Assembly (NCBI GenBank): GCA_963676795.2
Contig: CAXXTB010000002.1
Span: forward strand, 1,344,001 to 1,408,000
Source of the DNA: Geopsychrobacteraceae bacterium
GTDB lineage: Bacteria; Desulfobacterota; Desulfuromonadia; Desulfuromonadales; Geopsychrobacteraceae
Direction: 5' to 3'
DNA: 64,000 nucleotides
Made by a program: the position numbers and the translations under genes
The notes under the pieces: generated by a model
Databases searched by the model: none
What the model was told of the DNA's origin: nothing
The model's input: only the letters and a program-made list of their open reading frames with translations
Part shown: positions 29,901 through 36,842 of the stretch, one piece after another
Numbering within the stretch: position 1 is the stretch's first letter
Layout of the letters: each line of letters begins with the position of its first letter

Positions 29901-31136
29901 TCAGTCATCATCCCGCCGGCCAGCGATGCGTCAACCCTGTCTTACTCGGTTCCCGATTGTCTCAACGATGCCTTGCCGGCAGTTCCCTATTGCCAGGCCA
30001 ACGCTTCCGCAGAAGCGCCGGATGTTGCCGTTGCGGCCGCCTCCGCCGGCACGACCTATTATCAGCACCTGACCTATGCCTCAGCCGCTATGCCGGAAGA
30101 CAGCCAGATTTTCTACAACGGGATACCGATCGACCCCGAGTTGAACGGCGCCGTAGCTATAACCAAGAAAGCTGAAATCACCAGCGTCACAAAAGGAACC
30201 CAGGTCCCCTATACGATTACGGTCAACAATGTCTTCGGCGCTCCGCTTGATGATATGCGCATTGTCGACCGTTTCCCGGCCGGCTTCAAATATGTCGCTG
30301 GCAGCGCGCTCTTGGACGGCGTCCAGACCGAACCGGTAATAAGCGGCCGGAGCCTGAGCTGGAGCGGACTTGAGCTGGACGTCAATGAGGTCATAATCAT
30401 CCGCCTGCTGCTGATCGTCGGGGCGGGGGTTGGCGAAGGAGAATATGTCAATCGGGCGCAGGTCTACAACGCCCTGCTCGACACCGCTGCGTCGGGCGAA
30501 GCAACGGCCACCGTCCGGGTCATACCGGACCCTGACTTCGATTGTACTGACATCATCGGCAAGGTGTTTGACGACCGCAACATGAACGGTAGCCAGGATC
30601 CGGGGGAAAACGGTCTTGCCGGTGCCAGGGTTGCCACCGCTCAGGGCCTGCTGGCGACAACCGATCAATTCGGTCGCTACCATATCACTTGCGCGGTGGT
30701 TCCGGATCAGGATATCGGCAGTAATTTTATCATGAAGCTGGATGATCGCAGTCTGCCGAGCGGTTACCGGGTTGTCAGCGAAAATCCGCGCGTACAGAGA
30801 GCGACGCGCGGCAAGATGATGAAGTTCAACTTTGGCGCGACCCTGCATCACTCGGTCAGTATTGATATCGCTGACGCCGCCTTCGAGCCGGGAACTACCA
30901 AACTTCGCCTGCAGTGGCGCGACAAGCTGGAACAGCTGCTTGCCGTCCTGGAACAGGGACCGGCAATCTTACGTCTGTCCTATCTGGGCGATGTCGAGAG
31001 CCAGACGCTGGCTGAAAAACGTCTGGCAAGCTTCTCCCGTGAGATTGAAAAACGCTGGAATGCTGAAAAACGTGACTATGTATTGAACGTCGAAAAGGAA
31101 TTCTTCTGGCGCAGGGGGGCTCCGGTCGGTCGTTAG
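20994..31136 (+). CDS. Giant (3380 aa) secreted surface/adhesin-like protein with tandem DUF11 (isopeptide-type Ig-like) repeats, SdrD-B-like domains and a degenerate OmpA-like C-terminus
   Basis: N-terminal hydrophobic signal; repeated K...PGDxLxYxIxVxNxG...LxDxxP...YVxGS...NQA modules; GTVWHDANYD and IIGKVFDDRNMNGSQDPGENGLAG..TTDQFGRY; very acidic and Ser/Thr/Gly-rich. Confidence 0.82.
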   Translation: MKSYLKVNTRSVREQRDSCRNCSQKLWLTLFAVLCLLTLIAPSPASSAPCDVKSGFPFVDHDTSSSYCELCGYSYVTVVISNPYSYTAGALPADPDVPGAVMTDIVLVENLGISGLEFAPGAPTPITYQVNGGITQNGVDTGLSGSVLTFTSAEIPALASLTANAGASQVNTISIRFAVARSIDPEGLISADRQIETTISFDTYRDPADPDYDILVPANNELDCGDSPQDDLATLPLREPIPQITKTGWNVDAGQDQGSASDPVYAMDNDDIVWRIQIDNIGNAELQDLRFDDLMDTGSLVVNYVCTTEGAANSIALNNGAGPAAGCTSASNSIDDYVVANQIAQGGSLSVYLVGKASSTASCQTNRNNTVDDVQWGCDVQAPVGGITQTSGGTIPYDQATLYTRYNDDHPILTVERHLTGVNTSQPVGSRGMMTIIIRNTSGGSVNNIQLDNVLPAEYVVDTTFDLEVDVTPAYGASYPGLVDAATSSWNFVLNEALSPKDPHIDLLSSSAHPLYPDQVNMLRNGDVAVVRFRVVLIESDYYDRQANLDVNPEVYPGTDPTYQTPLSNELTVNFDVFCTSQGAGGHYQLVLDGNGNDSSTENAIPAFPEDLDIQVGGAVFILTNDPTQVLTLPIQLTNNGGHDAEDYHAFVTFGATMNVIGAPAGCSQISLDGNYQPAPWKVWLDPIHIPETATVYECTAPAVIAPNQTVTYNFDVIKTTDPVRIALDDLSLRADVVGEITLYDGSLLAWPAPIIRADGETDRANNYSLDATWARVIGFNLKKAQIGTCNENNPPTLDGSGFEEVQIGEECSFNIETGGWFGFQTPGYAYIAVQDIQVVDNLPDGQAYISSSDPYTASTAAIQGISVDPAGLTILDEGNFGWIFNVPDSQRIQVADEWFIVDTTSRLLNKEVDVRAAPNLHATDSANVLTSTFHAIFSNVNTGSIENYTLGPSTVGYPIEQVRRVDLRVTEPLLTLVKEACNETLYGYGPACSNFTSVVEDGDAYTSYIYRIRLTNEATAGGYQRAPAYDVIVTDQLDATDLAFVLPFNNDGLNNDGDASTDGADAGGEGTISDNTVKNSIPAELTFSYTHSSALQQIDPGQSVDLYYRVNYDDDAAPLQTFTNSALATYDSLTSASGSQTVSPQPNSTLGGARFYTSDVSQADVTIMPIGSLPKTVIAIASTPLVVPAPQHIVPGEELEYQLETLLPVAQLREFVIRDNLPAGLRCADAPVVDLDAAPYSAAGFDPGGVITPTCVDDYVEWVFGDQRLTNGNGSDRFDFAISFIAQVQNSVLTNAGDLLANGHPATVATVQYRNETNVLVSYDYNQADVTVAEPQIDLTQSFSVADADASDTLRVTVTATNSGTAAAYNLEVLVPLTATSLSYSGTSGGLNPPDQVDLVSLGADQPIFSWNAPNGIAVGDTISFTFDLIVAADVQPHQVLETTLQARWTSLQDQTVALNSSGTIDSDGTINGMRTGSLPNAGNPINDYETTATAALTVAVPSVAKTDQSPALIPTIGAHKQFRLVLNLPEGVTADVALADSLDAAGISYLFSDNADFPISYTFSGIQSINGNTTLTPAAFNNSPADGSSGTVIWDIGTVTTLTEDDSSVTAVSPAIQIDYYARVNNDLVTDAGDQLQNDVAASYLNYATAGSETLSVTTASVTVSEPNLNLNKTLANVTLGKGPSDSPVAGDTIEYQLTLLNNGSTNSTAQDINIVDTMPAGLVLDGSFTPTATINSVPVSGFVAVPTIDASNVMTWGRDNGDASLDLPAGQMLVITYHATVNLIVDPSGLIENGVWSDWTSLDDVSVYERTGAGCPSITAPDDYCVGPVYATTIGIAPALDLQKSVINQTTGVNPGVTASPGDVLRYRIQVTSISAAAAAYTLQDEIDQLNASAYFVPGSLHMLSVPSGTDNTSQTGGAAGTGLIDLSHLTLNGGESALVEFTLQLAPVIADGAAVLNQAELTLFGYGTSLSDDPNISGSDNPTRTTIISAPQWLFEKSVEDLTGAASVLLPGDQLRYTINVKNIGSENALNVTLRDAIPVNTTYVGGTTTLNGVIVADPAAGISALEAGMLINAPEDTTPGAMRADSDAAADNLATISFDVVVNGSVTAGTAIANQAYVDGDGEGSGSFSNIPSDDPATATAYDPTVIWVSGIDFTKSVYNLTQGIDGATAAPGDLLRYRLTLTNTGSTDLNALTVSDELEALHGSEPVYFVPGSLTLTAQPSGSDASATTASGGAKGTGLVEVSSVDVAAGASATVEFTILLASVITSGTDVLNQASLAADGTYFQLSDSSDSSLPGTSDPTVTTISSAPEFVVEKTSTFLGADPAVLMAGDRLRYTISVRNIGDEDAVAVLLRDDTPASTSYVAGSTTLNGSSVADASGGINPLHAGLLIHSPDNASAGLMTADSSATANNTALISFDVVVDSDAMDGLIIENQAFVSASGAGSGVQTEQPSDDPDTPEADDPTRDVVGNLPLLYALKTVSIAVDNGSAGIVDPGDILEYQIVVTNSGAIPATGVILTDTVPANTTYVADSTALNWVSLGSDGGVLPLVAGFSIQSGDNPGAGIISTGESAVITFNVRVNAGVATGTLISNQGTISSSELADLLTDADGVPGNGYQPTLIAVGDVQLLTIVKEVAVVGGGSAEPGSELIYTIRVRNAGLLPATLVSVVDDLSAPPLVDQLSYVSGSGVLDGLTTGVSFSGNVLNADYTTNYGELAAGDSFVVRFHAQIDSALAYGTTVTNSADVLWNSPQQSDTASVSIDVGGTPGAAALNGTVWHDANYDLSFDNSSEAAQVNWTVELYLGGSLVATTVTDSDGSYQLTGLVPSAYTTGLYELHFISAGAGSDTALLGTADSQFTNGIQSISDIALPEASNLQNLNMPLWPNGVVYNSIARTPVAGATLTMLNATGTLLPGSCFDDPNQQGQVTTLNGFYKFDLNFSQASCPSGGAYLIDVVAPASGYFAPPSVIIPPASDASTLSYSVPDCLNDALPAVPYCQANASAEAPDVAVAAASAGTTYYQHLTYASAAMPEDSQIFYNGIPIDPELNGAVAITKKAEITSVTKGTQVPYTITVNNVFGAPLDDMRIVDRFPAGFKYVAGSALLDGVQTEPVISGRSLSWSGLELDVNEVIIIRLLLIVGAGVGEGEYVNRAQVYNALLDTAASGEATATVRVIPDPDFDCTDIIGKVFDDRNMNGSQDPGENGLAGARVATAQGLLATTDQFGRYHITCAVVPDQDIGSNFIMKLDDRSLPSGYRVVSENPRVQRATRGKMMKFNFGATLHHSVSIDIADAAFEPGTTKLRLQWRDKLEQLLAVLEQGPAILRLSYLGDVESQTLAEKRLASFSREIEKRWNAEKRDYVLNVEKEFFWRRGAPVGR

Positions 31137-31202
31137 AAATAAATACAAACTGCCAAGGTCGCTGTGCGGCCAATAAATGTAAATAACAAAGACGAAATGT
31201 AA

Positions 31203-34200
31203 ATGAAAAGACAACTTATCAACCTCATAATCCTGGCGTGTCTGCTGCTCGCCGGACAGCCCTGCGCTGCATTTGACCTGGACTTTCTGCCTGAAGTCAG
31301 TCAGGTCAGCTCCAGCACAGATCTCGGCAGTTCGACGGAGCAGCACAGCCGGTCCCGGACGTCGCTGCCATGGCTGGTCGATCCGCAGGTTTTTGCCGCG
31401 GATCAGGGCGATCTGATGGAGACGCAGAGGGTTCTCGTCGAGCAGGTCGAGACTGTCAAGTTGACCGATCTGGTTCCGCCAATTCTCTTCGGTGAAGGGG
31501 ATGTCGAGATTCCGGATGACTACCTGGCCCGGCTGCGTGTTGTCCTTGGCGAGATGCGCGACAAGAAGAATGTGCGCCTGCATTTTGTCGGACATGCCGA
31601 TTCTCAACGCTTGAGCCCGGAATTGCAGGAAATCTATACCGATAACCTTGGCCTGTCACGCGAGCGGGCCGGAGTTGTCGCCGAATACTGTCAGCGTGAG
31701 CTGAATCTGCCGGCCGCAGCGATCTCCTACGAGGGGCTGGGGGACAGCCGCCCCGTAGCGTCAAATGAAACACCGCAAGGCCAGTCCCGCAACCGGCGCG
31801 TCGAGGTGGAGCTCTGGTACGACCGGATTGTTGAGGTTGCGGTCGAGAAAGAGCTACCGGTTCCGCGTGATGTGACCCAGGTTAAAATCTGCCGGACGGA
31901 AACCGTCTGTAAGCTCAGTTACAAAGAAGGGCATGCCCATCGTGCCCGGCTGAGAAACCTGGTGCCGCCGCTGGCCTATGAGAACGGCATGGTTGAAGTA
32001 CCGGAGTCCTATCTGCGCCAGTTGCTCAAGGTTTACCAGAGTCTGCGGACCAAGCAGCGGGTCCAGCTCAAGTTCATTGCCTATACCGATAATACTGCCT
32101 TGAGCGCAAGACAGCAGCGTATCTATGGTAACCATGCCGGGTTGTCAAGCGCTGTTGCCAGGCGCACGGCGCAGGCCGTACAGGATGCACTGCAGCTTGC
32201 TAACCCCGCTGTCGCCAGTGAAGGGCGGGGAGCAACCCGGCCGCTGGCCACCAACCTGACAGTCGAAGGGCGCGCCAGAAATCGCAGGATCGAGGTCGAG
32301 TTCTGGCATGATGACCCGTTGCAGGGATTGCCGGATGAACCGCAGCTTTGCCCGGAACAATCGGGGGCAGATACCGTGACCCGTGTCTATCAGTCACCGA
32401 ATGGGGCGCTCGGATCGGTCTTGTTCGAGAACGGTCAGCCGTTGATCAGTGATCAGGCTCTGTCCAGCTGGCGCCGCGCTCTCGCCGAGATTTCAGGCAA
32501 AGCTAACCCGCGTCTGCGTTTTGTCGGATACGTCAGCAATGAACGGCTTGACCGCAGAACAGCGGCTGTTTACGGAGATGACATCGGCCTGTCGCTGGCC
32601 CGCGCCAGACGGGCCATGGAGGAAGCGCTTGCCCGGCTGGATCTGAGCCCTGAGCAGGCTGAATTTGACGGCCGCGGCTATGTGCAGAGCGAGGATGTCG
32701 TCAATCTCGGTTTTATCGAATCTGATCAGTCCCGTGTTGAAGTCCAGGCTGTTTATGACGAGCTGGCGATCATCGATGACTACGATGGGGTTGAGATCAC
32801 CCGCCTGACCCGCAATGTTGAAACGAAAAATCCTTTTGCCCTGAACCTGATGCGTATCTCCGTGGATGGCACGCCGGTCGATGACCCGGGCAAGAGCGTT
32901 CCCGATGTCCAGCGCTGTACCGACGTCGCTCTCGATGCGGCGCGGATCCAGTTCAAATACGACAGCCTGACCATGGAGCCGCGCCTGAATGTGAATGCAT
33001 GGCCGCGGGCCGCCCGTTTCGCCGATTACCCCGACAGCGATTTTCCGGAAAACCGCATCGATTTTCAGCTCTACAGCAACTATCGCAACTTCTTCTCGCG
33101 GGCCGAGGTCCGGATCTTCAGGAAGGAACAGGCTGAGACGGATGAGCCCTTGGTCGTCGTCGACCTCGATGATCTGGGGCGCGGCCATTGGCTGGCTGAT
33201 TTCTCTGACTACCGCGCTCCGGGGATCAAGCTCAAATATCTGCTCAGGGTCAGCAGTGAAGAGGGGCTTTTTGATGAAACCCGACCCCAGGAATTGTGGA
33301 TCGTAGATCAGCTCGAGCCGGAATCACTGGTTGCGGACAGGGACTATGAGCTACTGGCCGGATATGGCGGCAGCCGGATTGCGTTCCGTAATATTCCCCT
33401 ACGCGGCGGAGTCATTCAGGCTATTGGTGAGCATATTCCGGCTGAACATGCTGTCTGGCTGGCCGGTAAAGCGGTTCCGGTCGATGGGCGCGGGCGTTTT
33501 ATCGCCGAAGAGATCATTCCGTCCGGGGCTCACACTGTTGAAGTCGCGGTTCTCGATCCGCAGGGAAACGGAAATCTATATCTGCGCGATCTGCAGCTTA
33601 AAGATTCCGACTGGTTCACTGTCGGGATTGCCGATCTGACCGCTTCCGCCAATGAAACCAACGGACCGGCCCATCTGCTCGATCCCGACAACCCGCGCTA
33701 CAGTGAGGATTTTTCTCTGCAGGGGCGGCTGGCCTTCTATTCAAAGGGGAGACTGGCCAACGGCTGGACCCTGACCGCCAGCGCCGACACCCGCGAAGGG
33801 CCGCTCGATGAGATCTTCAGCAACTTCATGGAGAAGACCAGTGATGCGCAGTTCCGGCGCATGGATCCGGACCGTCACTATCCGACCCTGGGCGATGACA
33901 GTACCGTCGTCGAAGATGCTCCGACGCGTGGCAAGTTCTACCTGCGCATGCAGCGTGACGATAACTATGCGCTGTGGGGCAATTATAAGCTCAGTTATCG
34001 AGATGCCGAACTGACCCCGGTTGAACGTAACCTCTATGGTCTCCATCTGCACTATCAGCCGACCCAGACGACCAGTTTCGGTGCGACGCGTTTTCTCGCC
34101 GATGGTTTCATCGCTGATCCGGGCACAGTCTCCGGCCGTGACGATCTGCGTGGAACCGGCGGATCGCTCTATTATCTCAAGTTCCAGGATGTCCTCGAAG

Positions 34201-36284
34201 GGTCCGAGAGCGTGCGCATCGAGGTGCGCGACAAGGATTCTAACTTGGTTATCGCCAGCAAACTGCTGAGCGTCGATCTCGATTACGATATCGATTACCT
34301 GCAGGGGCGAATCCTTCTCAATGAGGTTCTGCCGACCACCGCTGACGATAATCTGCTGACCAGCAGTGCATCGATCAGCGGCAACCCCGTCTATCTGGTT
34401 GTGCAGTACGAATACACCCCGGGCTTTTCTGATCCGGATACGGTCGTCAGCGGCGCCCGGGTCCACTACTGGTTGAATGACTTTATCAAATTCGGTGCTA
34501 CGAGAGCGATGAGTGATGAGCCCGATGCCGAGAGTCGTATCAGTGGTGTCGATCTTGTGCTGCGCAAGTCTTCCGCATCCTGGCTGAAACTGGAATATGC
34601 CCGGAGTGAGGGGGACGGAGTTCTGTCGTCCAGCTCCGATGACGGCGGCTATAGTTACTCGACAGAGACCACAACTTCGGCTGAGAATAGCGCCAGTGGC
34701 TACCGTGCGGAAGCGTCGCTGGCCTTCTCCGACATCCACCCGGTTCTGCCCGGCCAGCTGCATTTTTACCTGCAGGATCTCGGCGCGGGCTATTCGGTCA
34801 CCGGTCTGTCAACCGAGACAGGTCTTACTCAGTATGGTTTCAGCCTGGGGATGCCGATCGGACAGCGTTTTTCGACCCGCGTTAAATATGACAAGAAGAG
34901 TGAAGAGGAACTGCTCGAAACAGAAGCAGGCGAGATCAATCTTGATTACCGCCTCACTGACAACTGGACCTTGAGCAGTGGTGTTCGCCAGGACACCAGA
35001 ACCGTTCTGGCGACAACAACCAGTTCGACCCAGGAGGAGGGGGAACTGATCGATGTCGTGGTCAGAGCCTCCTACAATTCTCGCAAGGCCTGGAGTGCCT
35101 ACAGCTTTGTTCAGGAAACCATTGAAGCGACCGACAGTCGCGAAGATAACAGCCGTCTCGGCCTGGGGGGGAGTTGGCGTCTGACCGAACGCTTCTCGCT
35201 GCACGGCGAGGTCTCCGAGGGGGATCTGGGAACCGACGCGACTGTCGGCAGTGAATACCTGTACAGTGACCGGACCACGTTGTACCTCAACTACAGCCTC
35301 GACAATGAGAGCGGTGACGACGGCAGCAGGTCGAATAAGGGGAATATGGCGAGTGGCTTCAGAACCCGCTATTCCGACACGACCAGCGTCTATTTTGAAG
35401 AAACCTATGCCCATGGAGATACCCCGACCGGTCTGATCCATACCGCCGGCGTCGATCTGGCCCCGACCGACCGACTGAATCTCAAGGTCAGTCTCGATAT
35501 CGGAACCCTCAAGGATCCCGAGACCTCGGCGACCCTGGAACGGACCGCTGGCGCCTTGAGTGTCGGCTACGGTTTCGACAAGGTGGCGCTGGCCAGCGGA
35601 GTTGAATACCGGGTCGACAACACCGAGCAGAGCGATGACAGCCACAGTAAAAGGACCACCTGGCTGTTCAAGAACAGCTTCAAATACAAGCTCAATGAAA
35701 ACTGGCGGATACTCGGCAAGTTCAATATGTCGATGAGCGAAAGTTCGCTCGGTTCCTCTTACAACGGGGATTATACGGAAGCCGTGCTCGGTTACGCCTA
35801 CCGCCCGGTCTACAACGACCGACTCAATCTGCTGTTCAAATACACCTATTTTTACGATCTGCCGGCGACGGATGACAGCTCGTCTTCAACGACCACCTAT
35901 ATCCAGCGCAGCCATATCGCGGCTGTCGACCTGATGTACGACCTGACCCAGCGCTGGACCATCGGTGGCAAATATGCGTACCGGCTTGGCCAGGTCGCTC
36001 TTGACCGGGAAAATCCGCAATATTTCGACAGCAATGCGCAGCTGTTTGTGCTGCGTGCCGACTGGCACTTCATGCACCGTTGGGATGCCCTCGTCGAGGG
36101 ACGGATGCTCGACCTGCCGGATGCCCAGGACCGGCGTGCCGGAGCTCTGGTCGGCGTTTACCGGCACTTTGGCAATCACATCAAGGCAGGACTTGGCTAC
36201 AACTTCAGTGACTTCTCCGATGACCTGACCCAGCTTGATTACAGACATCAGGGGTTGTTCGTCAACCTGATCGGCAAGTTTTAG
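31203..36284 (+). CDS. Large outer-membrane protein (1693 aa): three OmpA-C/peptidoglycan-binding-like domains followed by a predicted beta-barrel
   Basis: Signal peptide; HFVGHADS..LSRERA..RNRRVEV, FIAYTDN..RNRRIEV and RFVGYVSN..LSLARA repeats; C-terminal third is alternating amphipathic Tyr/Gly-rich strands ending FVNLIGKF (terminal Phe). Confidence 0.78.
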   Translation: MKRQLINLIILACLLLAGQPCAAFDLDFLPEVSQVSSSTDLGSSTEQHSRSRTSLPWLVDPQVFAADQGDLMETQRVLVEQVETVKLTDLVPPILFGEGDVEIPDDYLARLRVVLGEMRDKKNVRLHFVGHADSQRLSPELQEIYTDNLGLSRERAGVVAEYCQRELNLPAAAISYEGLGDSRPVASNETPQGQSRNRRVEVELWYDRIVEVAVEKELPVPRDVTQVKICRTETVCKLSYKEGHAHRARLRNLVPPLAYENGMVEVPESYLRQLLKVYQSLRTKQRVQLKFIAYTDNTALSARQQRIYGNHAGLSSAVARRTAQAVQDALQLANPAVASEGRGATRPLATNLTVEGRARNRRIEVEFWHDDPLQGLPDEPQLCPEQSGADTVTRVYQSPNGALGSVLFENGQPLISDQALSSWRRALAEISGKANPRLRFVGYVSNERLDRRTAAVYGDDIGLSLARARRAMEEALARLDLSPEQAEFDGRGYVQSEDVVNLGFIESDQSRVEVQAVYDELAIIDDYDGVEITRLTRNVETKNPFALNLMRISVDGTPVDDPGKSVPDVQRCTDVALDAARIQFKYDSLTMEPRLNVNAWPRAARFADYPDSDFPENRIDFQLYSNYRNFFSRAEVRIFRKEQAETDEPLVVVDLDDLGRGHWLADFSDYRAPGIKLKYLLRVSSEEGLFDETRPQELWIVDQLEPESLVADRDYELLAGYGGSRIAFRNIPLRGGVIQAIGEHIPAEHAVWLAGKAVPVDGRGRFIAEEIIPSGAHTVEVAVLDPQGNGNLYLRDLQLKDSDWFTVGIADLTASANETNGPAHLLDPDNPRYSEDFSLQGRLAFYSKGRLANGWTLTASADTREGPLDEIFSNFMEKTSDAQFRRMDPDRHYPTLGDDSTVVEDAPTRGKFYLRMQRDDNYALWGNYKLSYRDAELTPVERNLYGLHLHYQPTQTTSFGATRFLADGFIADPGTVSGRDDLRGTGGSLYYLKFQDVLEGSESVRIEVRDKDSNLVIASKLLSVDLDYDIDYLQGRILLNEVLPTTADDNLLTSSASISGNPVYLVVQYEYTPGFSDPDTVVSGARVHYWLNDFIKFGATRAMSDEPDAESRISGVDLVLRKSSASWLKLEYARSEGDGVLSSSSDDGGYSYSTETTTSAENSASGYRAEASLAFSDIHPVLPGQLHFYLQDLGAGYSVTGLSTETGLTQYGFSLGMPIGQRFSTRVKYDKKSEEELLETEAGEINLDYRLTDNWTLSSGVRQDTRTVLATTTSSTQEEGELIDVVVRASYNSRKAWSAYSFVQETIEATDSREDNSRLGLGGSWRLTERFSLHGEVSEGDLGTDATVGSEYLYSDRTTLYLNYSLDNESGDDGSRSNKGNMASGFRTRYSDTTSVYFEETYAHGDTPTGLIHTAGVDLAPTDRLNLKVSLDIGTLKDPETSATLERTAGALSVGYGFDKVALASGVEYRVDNTEQSDDSHSKRTTWLFKNSFKYKLNENWRILGKFNMSMSESSLGSSYNGDYTEAVLGYAYRPVYNDRLNLLFKYTYFYDLPATDDSSSSTTTYIQRSHIAAVDLMYDLTQRWTIGGKYAYRLGQVALDRENPQYFDSNAQLFVLRADWHFMHRWDALVEGRMLDLPDAQDRRAGALVGVYRHFGNHIKAGLGYNFSDFSDDLTQLDYRHQGLFVNLIGKF

Positions 36285-36323
36285 CTGCAGTGGCTTGAAA
36301 CGACAGAAAACGGAAGGTGAAAA

Positions 36324-36839
36324 ATGGAAAAGCTTCTCAGATTCATCGGCATGTTGTTGTTCTTCTCCCTGTTCGGGCTCAGTGTCAGGGCCGAGCCGCT
36401 GGGCGCGGACCAGGTCAAGGGGCTGGATGAGCAGATTCAGGACATCAAAAGCGATGTCCTGTCGATCGCCTCGGAACTGAATCTGCTCGAGGAAAAACTG
36501 CTCTATCCGTCTCACAGCGAGATCGCACTGTTTCTTGCCATAGAGCCTGAGGATGAGTTCCGTCTCGACAGTGTTTCACTGCTCCTCGACGGCCATCAGG
36601 TTGCCGATCATATCTACAGTTTCAAGGAACTCGAAGCTATGCAGCGCGGCGGCGTGCAGAAGATTTACACCGGCAACGTCAAAAGCGGGGCACACAATCT
36701 GACGGTTCTGTATCGGGGCGAATCAAAAGCCGGTCATCCCTTTGAAAAAGAGCTGCAGTTCAGCCTCAAAAAGGGGATCGGACCGAGCATCGGCGAGATC
36801 GTTCTGAATCAGCAGACGGCCGTTTACAGCGACAGGTAA
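36324..36839 (+). CDS. Exported hypothetical protein with N-terminal coiled coil
   Basis: Signal peptide VRA-E, heptads LDEQIQDIKSDVLSIASELNLLEEKLL, then a beta-rich domain; operon context. Confidence 0.7.
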   Translation: MEKLLRFIGMLLFFSLFGLSVRAEPLGADQVKGLDEQIQDIKSDVLSIASELNLLEEKLLYPSHSEIALFLAIEPEDEFRLDSVSLLLDGHQVADHIYSFKELEAMQRGGVQKIYTGNVKSGAHNLTVLYRGESKAGHPFEKELQFSLKKGIGPSIGEIVLNQQTAVYSDR

Positions 36840-36842
36840 GTG

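Noticed and set aside
31203..36284. Flagellar MotB or TonB-dependent receptor call for the 1693-aa protein
   Set aside because: It has a cleavable signal rather than the MotB TM/Asp helix, no flagellar genes are nearby, and the N-terminus is OmpA-like repeats rather than a recognisable TonB-box/plug
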